Below, one piece after another: positions 27,883 through 38,397 of a DNA stretch of 64,000 nucleotides; position 1 is the stretch's first letter, and each line of letters starts with the position of its first letter. Made by a program: the position numbers and the translations under genes. The DNA comes from Candidatus Flemingiibacterium sp. (GTDB taxonomy: Bacteria; Bacillota; Clostridia; Oscillospirales; CAG-272): assembly GCA_045635785.1 (NCBI GenBank), contig JAZTWJ010000052.1, positions 541 to 64,540 of the forward strand. Direction: 5' to 3'. The notes beneath the pieces are model-generated. The model was not told the origin of the DNA. It was given only the letters and a program-made list of their open reading frames with translations, and searched no databases.

Positions 27883-28767
27883 CTATATCTGCCCAAAAAG
27901 GCGTTTTAACTGTCTTTTGACCTGCATTCCGCGGAAGCCGTAGAACAGCGGCACATATTTTCCATCCAGTCTGCAAGCGATATTATCAAAAGCGATCGCC
28001 GCATTGGAGCTCTTCAGCTGGCATGCAAGCCTGCCGTTTTCCGCCGCCAGCATCATTTCCGTCTCATAGGGAACGATGCCGCAGAGCTGGATAAAGGATT
28101 TGTCAATAATTTCATTGATGCCCGGTCTTGTGCCGCCAATGGCGCTGGCAAGATCGAAGCTGTTGATCAGCAGTCGCTGTTCAGGAACCCTTCTTCGCAG
28201 AAGATAGTCGCCTGTCTGCCCCGCCGCCCGTATGCTGGAGGGCTGATGGGATGCCACGATGATGGCACTGTCCGTCATGCCGGAATCAAGCACCGCAGGA
28301 ACACCGAGAGAGCCGGGTGTATCAAGCAAAATATAGTCAAAGGGCTTGAAATTCAGCGCATCCGTGAGAACTTTCTTAAATTCCTCTGCCGTGATATCAT
28401 GGCCGCCGCGGAAGGGTGCCGCCGCAAAATAAAGGCTGTCACAGCGTTCATCCTGCAAAAGCACACGGGAAAGCGCAGCGCGTCCCTTGGCAGCGTCGTA
28501 TATATCATACATGATCTCATTTTCGACCCCGAGCACCAGATCCAGGCAGCGCATGTCGAAATCGCAATCGCATAGAAGCACCAGCTTGCCGCGCCGAGCC
28601 AGCGCCATGGCAAGGTTCGCCGCCACCGTTGATTTTCCGACTCCGCCTTTGCACGAGGTGATAAGCGTAATCTTTGCCGTGTTAATACCCCCTGCCGTTT
28701 CGCAGCAATGAGCTCTTTTTTTGATACATTCTGCAACATACGAAAATGCGTGTAGAAGCCCACGCAT
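27883..28767 (-). CDS. MinD/ParA-family P-loop ATPase with a MinD-like C-terminal amphipathic helix
   Basis: Deviant Walker A SCKGGVGKST, Walker B ILLDTPG. The C-terminal KRQLKRLFGQI resembles the E. coli MinD membrane-targeting sequence KGFLKRLFGG. No minC/minE is adjacent. The start is uncertain (no SD before ATG 28767). Confidence 0.8.
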   Translation of the reverse strand: MRGLLHAFSYVAECIKKRAHCCETAGGINTAKITLITSCKGGVGKSTVAANLAMALARRGKLVLLCDCDFDMRCLDLVLGVENEIMYDIYDAAKGRAALSRVLLQDERCDSLYFAAAPFRGGHDITAEEFKKVLTDALNFKPFDYILLDTPGSLGVPAVLDSGMTDSAIIVASHQPSSIRAAGQTGDYLLRRRVPEQRLLINSFDLASAIGGTRPGINEIIDKSFIQLCGIVPYETEMMLAAENGRLACQLKSSNAAIAFDNIACRLDGKYVPLFYGFRGMQVKRQLKRLFGQI

Positions 28768-29013
28768 TTTTCAATTCATTAGCATGTAAACACAAATTGT
28801 TTATTATATTAATAATATGATACCATGTTTTTGTGGTTTCTGTCAATAGTGCAACGCAATTTTTTACCAATAAAACCGCAGATTTTACAGTTTGTACAAA
28901 TATAATTCGCATTGTTTCGCAAAAAAACGGCATTGTTTCGGCAAAATCACATCACAATCGGAAAAATGCCGAAAAAAAGATCGATCTCGCCTTGAATATT
29001 TACAAAATGCGGA

Positions 29014-29042
29014 TTGTTTTTTTGCGTAAAATCGTGTATAAT
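29014..29042 (+). promoter_or_regulatory. putative sigma-A promoter of glyA
   Basis: TTGTTT (29014-29019), 17-nt spacer, TATAAT (29037-29042), 38 nt before the glyA ATG. Confidence 0.4.
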
Positions 29043-29079
29043 AATTATAACTTTATATTTTTAAGGAGATTTGAAAACA

Positions 29080-30327
29080 ATGGTTAAGAAAAACATGGAA
29101 TTTATCAAAGGCTTCGATGCCGAGATCGGCGAGGCGATCGAAAAGGAATACGCCCGTCAGCAGAGAGGTCTTGAGCTGATCGCATCCGAAAACGTGGTCT
29201 CTCCCGCAGTCATGGCTGCCATGGGTACTGTGCTCACCAACAAGTATGCGGAGGGTTACCCGGGCAAGCGTTACTACGGCGGATGCGAGTGCGTGGACAT
29301 CGCCGAAAATATTGCCATCGAGCGCGCAAAGAAGCTGTTCGGTGCCGAGCATGCAAACGTACAGCCCCACTCCGGCGCGCAGGCGAACACCGCCGTGTAT
29401 CTGGCTCTGCTCAATCCCGGCGATACCGTTATGGGTATGAATCTTGCCCACGGCGGTCATCTGACCCACGGCAGCCCCGTCAATATTTCGGGTATTCTGT
29501 ACAACTTCATCCCCTACGGCGTTGAGGACGATACCGGTACCATCGACTACGACAAGGTGGAATTCCTTGCAAACGAACACAAGCCGAAGCTCATCGTAGC
29601 TGGCGCATCCGCTTACCCCCGTGTTATCGACTTCAAGCGTCTTTCCGAAATTGCAAAGTCTGTGGGCGCGTATCTGATGGTTGACATGGCACACATCGCC
29701 GGTCTGGTTGCGGCAGGTCTGCATCCCAATCCCGTTCCCTATGCGGATGTTGTCACCACCACCACCCACAAAACGCTGCGCGGTCCTCGCGGCGGTATGA
29801 TCCTCTGCCGTGAAGAGCTGGCAAAGGCGATCAACAAGGCAGTTTTCCCCGGCACCCAGGGCGGTCCGCTCATGCACGTCATCGCATCCAAGGCAGTATG
29901 CTTCGGTGAGGCGCTCAAGCCCGAATTTAAGGCATATCAGGAGCAGATCGTAAAGAATGCGGCAGCTCTTGCCGACGGTTTGGTAGCCGAAGGCTTCAAT
30001 CTGGTTTCCGGCGGCACCGACAATCACCTTATGTTAGTGGATCTTCGCAACATGGGCATCACCGGCAAGCAGCTGGAAAAGCAGCTCGATGAGGTTTACA
30101 TCACCGTCAATAAGAACGCAGTTCCCAACGATCCCGAGTCTCCCTTTGTTACCAGCGGTGTGCGCATCGGTACCCCCGCAGTTACTTCCCGCGGACTGAA
30201 AGAGGACGATATGAAGGTTATCGCCCATCTCATCAAGCTGGCTGCTACCGATTTCGAAAACTCCGCCGACTATATCCGCGCAGAGGTTACGAAAATCTGT
30301 CAAAAATACCCGCTTTATGAGGGCTGA
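29080..30327 (+). CDS. glyA: serine hydroxymethyltransferase
   Basis: [13 protein letters not shown]-lysine motif [14 protein letters not shown], 415 aa from ATG 29080 (AAGGAG SD 11 nt upstream). The tracked TTG start at 29071 is unlikely. Confidence 0.96.
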   Translation: MVKKNMEFIKGFDAEIGEAIEKEYARQQRGLELIASENVVSPAVMAAMGTVLTNKYAEGYPGKRYYGGCECVDIAENIAIERAKKLFGAEHANVQPHSGAQANTAVYLALLNPGDTVMGMNLAHGGHLTHGSPVNISGILYNFIPYGVEDDTGTIDYDKVEFLANEHKPKLIVAGASAYPRVIDFKRLSEIAKSVGAYLMVDMAHIAGLVAAGLHPNPVPYADVVTTTTHKTLRGPRGGMILCREELAKAINKAVFPGTQGGPLMHVIASKAVCFGEALKPEFKAYQEQIVKNAAALADGLVAEGFNLVSGGTDNHLMLVDLRNMGITGKQLEKQLDEVYITVNKNAVPNDPESPFVTSGVRIGTPAVTSRGLKEDDMKVIAHLIKLAATDFENSADYIRAEVTKICQKYPLYEG

Positions 30328-30438
30328 TTAAACCGAATTTTTACATACGAACGACAAAGAAGGGCTGTGGCATCCATGCCATACCCTTCGCCGTTCGAAT
30401 AATAATTCGTGCTTTTGCGCGAAGATTCGGAGAAGGCA

Positions 30439-31695
30439 ATGATTAAAATTAACAGCGCAGAAATTCTGTGTGTCGGCACCGAGCTGCTTCTCGGCGACAT
30501 CATCAACACGGACGCGGCATATATTTCCCGCAGACTTGCATCGCTTGGCATCAACCAATATTACCAAGGCGTGGTAGGCGACAATCCCATTCGTTTGGAA
30601 GGTGCCTTGAAGCTTGCGCTGTCCCGCAGCGATCTTGTCATTCTCACAGGCGGACTTGGGCCCACCTACGACGATCTGACCAAGGAAACCGCCGCTAAGC
30701 TCATGAAGCGCGCCATGTTCATGCACGAGGAAAGCCTCACGCGTATGATGGCGCGCATGAATCGCTATGGAGCGCCCATCACCGAAAACAACAAAAAACA
30801 GGCTCTCATGCCAGAAGGCGCCATTGTTTTCAAAAATGATTACGGCACCGCACCCGGGCTTGCCATCGAGGACGAAGAACAGGGAAAGATCATCATTCTG
30901 CTTCCCGGGCCGCCCCGTGAGCTGGAGCCAATGTTCGCTGAGCAGGTGGAACCGTATCTGAAGAAATTCTCCGACCACGTTCTGGTTTCAAAAACCATTC
31001 ACATCTTCGGCATGGGAGAATCCCGCGTGGAATCCATCCTGCGCCCGTTGATGCTGGAATCGAAGAATCCCACCATCGCGCCCTATGCCAAGGACGGCGA
31101 GGTACAGCTGCGCGTGACTGCCTCCGGCAAAACCGCAGACGAATGCATCGCCCTTTGCGATGCCGCCATCGAAAAAATCTACGATAGCGAAGTCGGCGCC
31201 TTCATCTACGGCGTGGATGTGGGCTCGCTGGAGCAGGCGTTTGTCAACGAGCTGATCAAGCAGCACAAAAAGGTCGCCTGCGCGGAATCCTGCACGGGCG
31301 GTTATGTGGCAAAACGCATCACCAATGTGAGCGGTGCCAGCGAGGTTCTTGAAGGCAGTATCGTCACCTACGCCAATCGCGTGAAGGAGAACTTCGTCCA
31401 CGTTTCACATGAAACGTTGCAATCCCACGGCGCGGTTTCCCGTGAAACGGCGCTCGAAATGGCGCGCGGCGTCAGAAAACTGTTTGACGCAGATGTGGGA
31501 ATCTCCACCACAGGCATCGCCGGCCCCGGCGGCGGCACGCCCGAAAAGCCTGTCGGCACCGTATTTGTTGCCGTCTGCTGCGGCGAAAAAGAGGACGTGC
31601 GCGAGCTGCATGTGGGTAACGGGCTTGCCACCCGCGAATATGTTCGCTATGTTTCCGCAAGCAATGCGCTGGATTTGGCACGGCGGATGCTTTGA
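30439..31695 (+). CDS. cinA: competence/damage-inducible protein CinA (MoCF-binding domain + PncC NMN deamidase domain)
   Basis: AEILCVGTELLLGDIINTD N-terminus, GGLGPTYDDLT, C-terminal AESCTGG ... TGIAGPGGG. Start placed at MIKINS (GGAGAAGG SD). Confidence 0.9.
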   Translation: MIKINSAEILCVGTELLLGDIINTDAAYISRRLASLGINQYYQGVVGDNPIRLEGALKLALSRSDLVILTGGLGPTYDDLTKETAAKLMKRAMFMHEESLTRMMARMNRYGAPITENNKKQALMPEGAIVFKNDYGTAPGLAIEDEEQGKIIILLPGPPRELEPMFAEQVEPYLKKFSDHVLVSKTIHIFGMGESRVESILRPLMLESKNPTIAPYAKDGEVQLRVTASGKTADECIALCDAAIEKIYDSEVGAFIYGVDVGSLEQAFVNELIKQHKKVACAESCTGGYVAKRITNVSGASEVLEGSIVTYANRVKENFVHVSHETLQSHGAVSRETALEMARGVRKLFDADVGISTTGIAGPGGGTPEKPVGTVFVAVCCGEKEDVRELHVGNGLATREYVRYVSASNALDLARRML

Positions 31696-31790
31696 TCGAC
31701 TAGCTCGAAAATAACAAACAGGCATCCTCGTCTCTATGAAACAGCGCATGCCTCAGCCAACAAGCGAAGACTTTTAGAAAGGAGCGACGC

Positions 31791-33071
31791 ATGAACGCAA
31801 CACAACTGATTGCCGCCATTAAAAGCGGTCAATACGACGGCATTTTCACCGAGCTTTACTTCAAAGACGCCATCGAGGCGCAAAAAGAGCGCTACTGCAA
31901 GGTGGTCAATGAATTTGCCGCATTGTTCGGCGGCGAGCGTGAAATCTCGCTTTTTTCTGTGGCGGGCAGAAGCGAAATCTCGGGCAACCATACTGACCAC
32001 AACTACGGAAAAGTTCTTGCAGCTTCCATTGATCTCGATATCATCGCCGCGGCATCCCCAAGAGCGGATTTGCACATCAATATCAAGTCCGAGGGATTCC
32101 CGATTGACGAGGTGGATATTACGGATCCCTCTGTGGATGAGTCGCGTTACTACACCTCCGGCTCCATTATTTCGGGCATGTGCAGCGGCTTTCTTAAATA
32201 CGGACACCGTGTGGGCGGCTATGACGCATACACCACATCCAATGTTCTAAAAGGCTCGGGGCTTTCTTCCTCCGCGGCATTTGAGGATATGGTGGGCTTC
32301 ATTCTCAACCATTTCTATAACGACGGCGCGGTTGAAAATGCGGAAATCGCAAAAATCGCCCAGTATTCCGAAAACGTATTCTTCGGCAAGCCAAGCGGAC
32401 TGATGGATCAGACCGCATGTGCGGTCGGCGGCTTTGTTGCCATCGACTTCAAGAATCCGAAGGACCCCATCATCGAAAAGCTTCCCTTTGACCTTTCCGC
32501 AGCAGGCTATAGTCTTTGCATCGTCAACACGGGTGGAAATCATGCCAACCTCAACGACGACTACGCATCCGTTCCCGCCGAGATGAAAAAGATCGCCTCC
32601 TACTTCGGCAAGCCCGTACTGCGCGAGGTGACGCCGGAAGAAATCCTCGGCAACATCAAGAGTCTCCGCGAACTTGCGGGCGACCGTGCTGTGCTGCGTG
32701 CCATCCATTACAAGAGCGAAAACGAGCGCGTAACAAGACAAACCTCCGCACTCAAAGCAGGCGATATAGATAATTTCTTCAAAGATGTTATGGCATCAGG
32801 CAATTCCAGCTTCAAGTACCTGCAAAATGTTTACTCCGTCATAAATGTGAAAGAGCAGGGGCTTTCTCTTGCGCTCTGCCTCACAGAAATCGCGCTAAAG
32901 GGCAAAAAAGCGGCTTATCGCGTGCACGGCGGCGGCTTTGCAGGCACGATTCAGGCATTTGTTGCAAACGAAGATGTTCCCGCCTTCCGCGAGGCGCTTG
33001 ACAGCGCTTTTGGAGACGGGGCAACCACCGTTCTTAAAGTGCGCCCCTATGGCGCCATTCGGATCCAGTGA
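31791..33071 (+). CDS. galactokinase-family GHMP kinase
   Basis: 426 aa. GRSEISGNHTDHNYG (galactokinase signature variant), GHMP ATP motif GSGLSSSAAFE, C-terminal HGGGFAGT. Confidence 0.85.
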   Translation: MNATQLIAAIKSGQYDGIFTELYFKDAIEAQKERYCKVVNEFAALFGGEREISLFSVAGRSEISGNHTDHNYGKVLAASIDLDIIAAASPRADLHINIKSEGFPIDEVDITDPSVDESRYYTSGSIISGMCSGFLKYGHRVGGYDAYTTSNVLKGSGLSSSAAFEDMVGFILNHFYNDGAVENAEIAKIAQYSENVFFGKPSGLMDQTACAVGGFVAIDFKNPKDPIIEKLPFDLSAAGYSLCIVNTGGNHANLNDDYASVPAEMKKIASYFGKPVLREVTPEEILGNIKSLRELAGDRAVLRAIHYKSENERVTRQTSALKAGDIDNFFKDVMASGNSSFKYLQNVYSVINVKEQGLSLALCLTEIALKGKKAAYRVHGGGFAGTIQAFVANEDVPAFREALDSAFGDGATTVLKVRPYGAIRIQ

Positions 33072-33529
33072 TGGCAAAAAAGAAAGTAAAAAGAGCGCCC
33101 TCCGCAGCCTCGCGCAAGGATGCAGGACCGGGCGATAAGAAAAAATTCAATCTCCAACGCGCACTTTATCTGTTTATATCCACACTGGCGGCATTCGCCT
33201 TGCTTGAAGGCGTGATCGCGGCAGAAGAACGGGCAGGTCTTGCCTTCAGCATCATCACACCGATCTATTATATCATCTGCACCGTGCTGTTTCTTGTGGT
33301 GGTTTTTCTCAACCGCGGCTTCTCAAAACGGGAGCTGACGCCCGATATGTTAGATGAAGGCACCCCGCACGAAGATGCCGTAAAAATCTGCGAAAAGGTG
33401 AATCATCAGAAAAAGCTATCCAAAAAAGTCATGCTGATGCTCGTACCCTTTGTACTTGCGGTGCTGCTTGACATCATCTACCTTTTCTACGGCGATATGC
33501 TTGTCGGAATTTTCTCGATCTTCTCATAA
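33071..33529 (+). CDS. hypothetical membrane protein (basic N-terminus, 3-4 TM helices)
   Basis: The ATG overlaps the upstream stop (TGATG), and codon usage is consistent with its neighbours. I recognise no family. Confidence 0.6.
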   Translation: MAKKKVKRAPSAASRKDAGPGDKKKFNLQRALYLFISTLAAFALLEGVIAAEERAGLAFSIITPIYYIICTVLFLVVVFLNRGFSKRELTPDMLDEGTPHEDAVKICEKVNHQKKLSKKVMLMLVPFVLAVLLDIIYLFYGDMLVGIFSIFS

Positions 33530-33532
33530 GCC

Positions 33533-34315
33533 ATGACAGAATTTCATGTTTATACCCTCGTCTCAAGCTCCAAGGGAAACTGCGTCTATGTGCGGCTTGG
33601 CGAGGATGCGATCCTCATCGACGCAGGCACCTCCTGCAAGCGCATCTGCGATGCGCTAAAGTCCATAGACAGCGATATTTCCCGCATCAAGGCGATCTTT
33701 ATCACCCACGAGCACAGCGATCATGTGAGCGCGCTGGAGACTATCGCGAAAAAATACGCCATTCCCATCCACATCACCGAACCGTCCGCAAAGGTATATT
33801 TGCATGCAAAAGATACGGAAAATGCCGCAAAAGCCATGGTGGTGCATCCGCTTATTTACACCGAGCAGGTGGGCAATCTGACGGTGCGATCCTTTGTAAC
33901 GCCCCATGACAGCGCCGCAAGTGTGGGTTATGTGGTCACGGACGGCACGTCCGCGCATACACTTGCGTTGGCAACCGACATCGGATGCATAACCGACGAG
34001 GTTTTCGATGCGCTGATGGGAGTAGAAAACGTCATTCTTGAATCCAATCATGACGAAAACATGCTGCTTTGCGGCTCCTATCCCTATGATCTCAAGCGGC
34101 GTATTCTCTCAAATCGCGGACATCTTTCCAACGAATGTGCGGCAGCTTTTGTCAGCCGTTTGGCGGCTTCGGGAACCAAGCGGATCCTGCTTGCCCATCT
34201 CAGCCAAGAGAACAATCTGCCCGAGCTTGCCTTTCACTCGTCCCTGCAGGCATTGCAGGATACTGAACTTTCGCTGGCGGTCGCTTCGCCTGCCAAGCCG
34301 ACAAAACTGATTTAG
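33533..34315 (+). CDS. MBL-fold metallo-hydrolase (YycJ/WalJ-like)
   Basis: 260 aa. ITHEHSDHVSAL zinc motif. Position directly upstream of rlmH, as for yycJ in B. subtilis. Confidence 0.85.
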   Translation: MTEFHVYTLVSSSKGNCVYVRLGEDAILIDAGTSCKRICDALKSIDSDISRIKAIFITHEHSDHVSALETIAKKYAIPIHITEPSAKVYLHAKDTENAAKAMVVHPLIYTEQVGNLTVRSFVTPHDSAASVGYVVTDGTSAHTLALATDIGCITDEVFDALMGVENVILESNHDENMLLCGSYPYDLKRRILSNRGHLSNECAAAFVSRLAASGTKRILLAHLSQENNLPELAFHSSLQALQDTELSLAVASPAKPTKLI

Positions 34316-34324
34316 GAGCTTACC

Positions 34325-34807
34325 ATGCTTCGAATACATATTGTCCATGTGGGCACCATCAAAGAAAAATATCTCACGGATGCCGTGTCGGAATATGAAA
34401 AACGGCTTGGCGCATACTGCGTCCTTGACCACATTTCCGTCAAGGAAGAGCGCCTGTCCGACAAGCCTTCTCCCACCGAGATCGAAACGGCGCTGAAAAA
34501 AGAAGGCGCGCGTATTCTCGCCGCCCTGCCTCCCCGCGCCTATAATATCGCGCTTTGTGTGGAAGGCAAGCAGATGTCCAGTGAAGCGTTTTCCGAGCGA
34601 TTGTCCGCCATCGCCACCGAAGGATTTTCCGATATTTGCCTCATCATCGGCGGCTCGGACGGGCTTTCCGATGAAGTAAAAAAGGCTTGTCGTATGCGTC
34701 TCTCCGTCTCCGAAATGACCTTCCCCCATCAGCTCATGCGCGTGATTCTGTTAGAACAGCTCTATCGCGCCTTCAACATTGCGGCGGGCGGAAAGTATCA
34801 TAAATAA
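34325..34807 (+). CDS. rlmH: 23S rRNA (pseudouridine1915-N3)-methyltransferase
   Basis: 160 aa SPOUT fold. IVHVGTIKEKYL...EYEKRL, LIIGGSDGLS, LSVSEMTFPHQLMRVILLEQLYRA. Confidence 0.93.
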   Translation: MLRIHIVHVGTIKEKYLTDAVSEYEKRLGAYCVLDHISVKEERLSDKPSPTEIETALKKEGARILAALPPRAYNIALCVEGKQMSSEAFSERLSAIATEGFSDICLIIGGSDGLSDEVKKACRMRLSVSEMTFPHQLMRVILLEQLYRAFNIAAGGKYHK

Positions 34808-34884
34808 CCTCTCTGCGCGGCTCCTCATTGGCATGCGCTTCAATATCCGTCTTTAGTCGGCGTTGTATGAAAGGATCTCTCTCA

Positions 34885-36369
34885 ATGAACATACTTGGAA
34901 AACTTGCTGTTCGCGTCATTCCCGTGGGGATCATGGCGTTTTTGGTTGTCGCCGTCATCGCTTATCAGCGTGGCGTATACGACATCACTTTCATAGAGCG
35001 TCCCTCCGACACCATCACCACGACAACCTCCACCGAAACGACCACATCCGACGGCACCGATGGAACCACCTCTCCCACGGAGAGCACCACCGCCTCGGAT
35101 CCCCAAAACGAAGATCCCCATGCGGATGCCATCCACGCCTTTCTTGGCTCGATGCGCCCCTCCGCAGAGCTGCGCGCCGACGGCTATGCCGTCACCGATG
35201 CGGAATATACCGCCGCCTTTGCCATTGCAAAGCTGCAGACAGAGAACGACCTCGACAATATTTTCACCCTGCGCGAAAGAACCGTCTACAAACCCGAGCG
35301 CATCATGAACACGCTGTTCAGCGACTATACCACCGTCATGAACCCCGTTGTCGAAGCGCGTCCGCTGGCAGAGGTCTACATGGATTATCTGCTCATTGAC
35401 AACGGAACCACCGTCGATATTTTATCGAAGGATGGCGCCGTGCTTTGCCGTAATTTTGAGATCGACCGCTATCAGCCCGCCTATACCCGCGATCGGGACG
35501 ATGCGGCGCTCTTCAAATCCGAGACGCCTTCGGACGACGGAAAAAGCACCGTCACCACCTACTACAAGCTGGACGAATTCGGCAGACTGATCCAAAGCGA
35601 TTACGTGGATGCCGCGGACAATCGCGGACTTTATATCAACTACCCCACCTATTTCGGAAAATCCGACAATCAATACGATGTGAAATACAAGGACGGTCTT
35701 TACGGCTTCGCCAATCAAAAAGGCTACGTAAGCTCCTACTACCGCTATACCAAGGCTTACAATTTCAGCGAAGGCCTGGCGGCTGTGGTGGACGAGGAAG
35801 GCGAGCTTTCCTATGTCCAACAGAATTTTTACAGCAAGATCACGTGCGGAAAGCGGTACTATCTGAACGATTCCCGTCGCCGCGCCTACGCGGATTATCT
35901 GGTGCCCGATTCTCTTGGCATCGAATCTGTGGGCTTCTTCTATTTCGACCACGGGCTGGTGCGAATCCGCAAGCAGGAATACGATGCCTATCGCTTTGAA
36001 CAGGGCAGCAAAGAGGTCAATTATGACCGCGATATTGTCATTCGTCTTGACGGTACCGAATACCCCATTCCCAAGGATTACACCGTCGTTGGTTATTCCA
36101 ATGGCGTTTTCTTGCTCGAAAAGCACGGGCTGTTCGGCTTTATGGATTATACGGGCAAGTGGATCGCCGATCCGATCTATACCCATGCGGAGCCCTTCAA
36201 CGAGGGGCTTGCAAAGGTGGAGCGCGATGGGATCGAGGGCTTGATCGACACCGACGGCAATTTTGTCATTCCCATGCTCTTTGACCACGTCAGCAGTGTT
36301 TCCGGCGGTCTGATCGCCGCATACGATGAAGCCTGCGGCTGGGTATTTTTCAATAAAATGCAAAAATAA
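34885..36369 (+). CDS. membrane-anchored WG-repeat (KWG) protein with Thr/Ser-rich linker
   Basis: N-terminal TM helix, TTTTSTETTTSDGTDGTTSPTESTT linker, repeated G(L)(Y/F)GF..-..G....P.Y.....F.EGLA modules. Start placed at ATG 34885 (AAAGGA SD 10 nt upstream). Confidence 0.8.
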   Translation: MNILGKLAVRVIPVGIMAFLVVAVIAYQRGVYDITFIERPSDTITTTTSTETTTSDGTDGTTSPTESTTASDPQNEDPHADAIHAFLGSMRPSAELRADGYAVTDAEYTAAFAIAKLQTENDLDNIFTLRERTVYKPERIMNTLFSDYTTVMNPVVEARPLAEVYMDYLLIDNGTTVDILSKDGAVLCRNFEIDRYQPAYTRDRDDAALFKSETPSDDGKSTVTTYYKLDEFGRLIQSDYVDAADNRGLYINYPTYFGKSDNQYDVKYKDGLYGFANQKGYVSSYYRYTKAYNFSEGLAAVVDEEGELSYVQQNFYSKITCGKRYYLNDSRRRAYADYLVPDSLGIESVGFFYFDHGLVRIRKQEYDAYRFEQGSKEVNYDRDIVIRLDGTEYPIPKDYTVVGYSNGVFLLEKHGLFGFMDYTGKWIADPIYTHAEPFNEGLAKVERDGIEGLIDTDGNFVIPMLFDHVSSVSGGLIAAYDEACGWVFFNKMQK

Positions 36370-36376
36370 GCAAAAG

Positions 36377-36410
36377 AGTCTGAAAGATTTATCTTTCAGA
36401 CTTCCTTTTC
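36377..36410 (+). terminator. intrinsic terminator after the WG-repeat gene
   Basis: 10-bp stem AGTCTGAAAG/CTTTCAGACT at 36377-36402 followed by TCCTTTTC. Confidence 0.8.
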
Positions 36411-36468
36411 AAAATCGCCTACAAACGCCTTGCGATGCCCCCATCGCATAGAAAGGATGGTCATCATT

Positions 36469-38397
36469 ATGACAAAAATCCCCGAATATTATGCAGGAAG
36501 CGCGGATGTCTGCGTCATCGGTGCAGGACATGCGGGCATCGAAGCGGCGCTTGCCGCCGCAAGGCTCGGATTGTCCACGGTTCTGTTTACCATCAATCTG
36601 GATGCCATCGGCAACATGCCCTGCAATCCTTCCATCGGCGGCACGGGCAAGGGGCATTTGGTCTACGAAATCGACGCGCTGGGCGGAGAAATGGGACGCG
36701 CCGCCGACAAAGTGATGCTGCAAAGCCGCGTGCTCAATCTCGGCAAGGGTGCCGCGGTGCATTCCAAGCGGATACAAGCGGACAGAGCCGAATACAAGCG
36801 TCTCATGAAGCAAACCATCGAAAATACGCCAAATCTCCGTCTGATCCAAGCGGAGATCACGGATATTCACTGCGCCGTTGAAAACGGCGTGAAGCGCATT
36901 GCATCGGTGGTCACCCATCTTGGCGCACGGTGGGAATGCAAGACCGCCATTCTTTGCTCGGGAACCTTTCTGCGCGGCAAGATCATCGTCGGTGAAGCCT
37001 CCTACGCCGCGGGGCCTGACGGCATGCTTCCCGCCAACGAGCTGACCGCAAATTTGGAACGGGAAGGCATCGCCATGATGCGCTTCAAGACGGGGACCCC
37101 CGCCCGCGTTCACCGCGATTCCATCGACTATTCGAAATTAGAGGTACAGCCGGGCGATGGGGAAGTGGATCCCTTCTCCTTGGATTCGGACAGGGAAGCG
37201 CTCAATCGCGTGGAGCAGATCCCCTGCCACATCGTCTATACCAATCAAAAAACCCATGACATCATCCGTGCCAATATGGATCGCTCGCCCCTGTATTCGG
37301 GCGTCATCGAGGGCGTGGGACCGCGCTACTGTCCCAGCATTGAGGATAAGGTCATGCGCTTTGCGGACAAGGAGCGCCACCAGCTCTTTGTGGAGCCTAT
37401 GGGGCGCGACACCAAAGAAATGTACATCGAAGGCTTTTCCTCCTCTCTGCCCGAGGAAATCCAGATGCAGATGCTGCATTCTCTGCCGGGCTTTGAAAAC
37501 GCGCAGGTCATGCGAAGTGCATATGCCATCGAATACGACTGCGTGGATCCCACCCAGCTTTATGCCACCTTGGAATTCAAGCAGATATCCGGTCTTTACG
37601 GCGCGGGACAGTTCAACGGCACCTCCGGCTATGAGGAAGCCGCTGCACAGGGACTTGTCGCCGGCATCAATGCGGCGCTGAAGATCAAAGGCGAGGAGCC
37701 GATGATCCTCACAAGACAAAGCAGTTACATCGGCACGCTCATTGATGATCTTGTCACAAAGGGAACAAAAGAGCCCTATCGCATCATGACTTCCCGATCG
37801 GAATTTCGCCTTTTGCTCCGTCAGGACAACGCGGCAGAGCGTCTGACACCCATCGGACGGCGCGTCGGATTGATCTCGGATGCCCGTTGGGAAGCATTCG
37901 AAACGGAATGCGCCGCGGTGCAAGCGGAGATCAAGCGTCTTGAATCCGTATCCGTCCCGCCAAATGAAGCGCTGACAGCCATTTTGGAGCAAAACGGCTC
38001 CACGCCCATCGCAACGGGCATCCGTTTGGCGGATCTTCTGCGCCGCCCCGAGCTGTCCTATGACAAGCTGGCGGAGGTGGATACCACGCGCCCCGAGCTT
38101 CCCATCCGTGTGCGCGTGCAGGCGGAGATCGCCATCAAATATGCTGGCTATATCAAGCGACAGCTGGCAGATGTGGCGCGCACCGCAAAGTTGGAAGAAA
38201 AGAAGCTGCCCGCACCCTTTGATTACAGTCAGATCAAAGGAATTCGCATCGAAGCGGTGCAAAAGCTGAACAAATTCCAGCCCGCAAACATCGGGCAGGC
38301 TTCCCGTATCAGCGGTATTTCGCCCGCCGATATTTCCGTTCTGCTCATCTATTTCGCATCGCACAAAGGAAAGGAGTATCCGCATGGAGAAGCATGA
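36469..38397 (+). CDS. mnmG: tRNA uridine-5-carboxymethylaminomethyl(34) synthesis enzyme MnmG (GidA)
   Basis: [25 protein letters not shown] fold, [35 protein letters not shown]. Start placed at MTKIPEYY. Confidence 0.96.
   Translation: MTKIPEYYAGSADVCVIGAGHAGIEAALAAARLGLSTVLFTINLDAIGNMPCNPSIGGTGKGHLVYEIDALGGEMGRAADKVMLQSRVLNLGKGAAVHSKRIQADRAEYKRLMKQTIENTPNLRLIQAEITDIHCAVENGVKRIASVVTHLGARWECKTAILCSGTFLRGKIIVGEASYAAGPDGMLPANELTANLEREGIAMMRFKTGTPARVHRDSIDYSKLEVQPGDGEVDPFSLDSDREALNRVEQIPCHIVYTNQKTHDIIRANMDRSPLYSGVIEGVGPRYCPSIEDKVMRFADKERHQLFVEPMGRDTKEMYIEGFSSSLPEEIQMQMLHSLPGFENAQVMRSAYAIEYDCVDPTQLYATLEFKQISGLYGAGQFNGTSGYEEAAAQGLVAGINAALKIKGEEPMILTRQSSYIGTLIDDLVTKGTKEPYRIMTSRSEFRLLLRQDNAAERLTPIGRRVGLISDARWEAFETECAAVQAEIKRLESVSVPPNEALTAILEQNGSTPIATGIRLADLLRRPELSYDKLAEVDTTRPELPIRVRVQAEIAIKYAGYIKRQLADVARTAKLEEKKLPAPFDYSQIKGIRIEAVQKLNKFQPANIGQASRISGISPADISVLLIYFASHKGKEYPHGEA

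Noticed and set aside
28768-29070. Looked for a ZTP (pfl) or THF riboswitch upstream of glyA
   Set aside because: The spacer is AT-rich and lacks the GC-rich conserved cores of those classes. The best promoter candidate lies only about 38 nt from the ATG, leaving no riboswitch-sized leader.
31401-31416. parS-like palindrome CGTTTCACATGAAACG inside cinA
   Set aside because: It matches the TGTTTCACGTGAAACA consensus at only 13/16 positions, including a mismatch in the central CG. It lies inside a coding region. It might bind ParB weakly, but I cannot support it from sequence alone.
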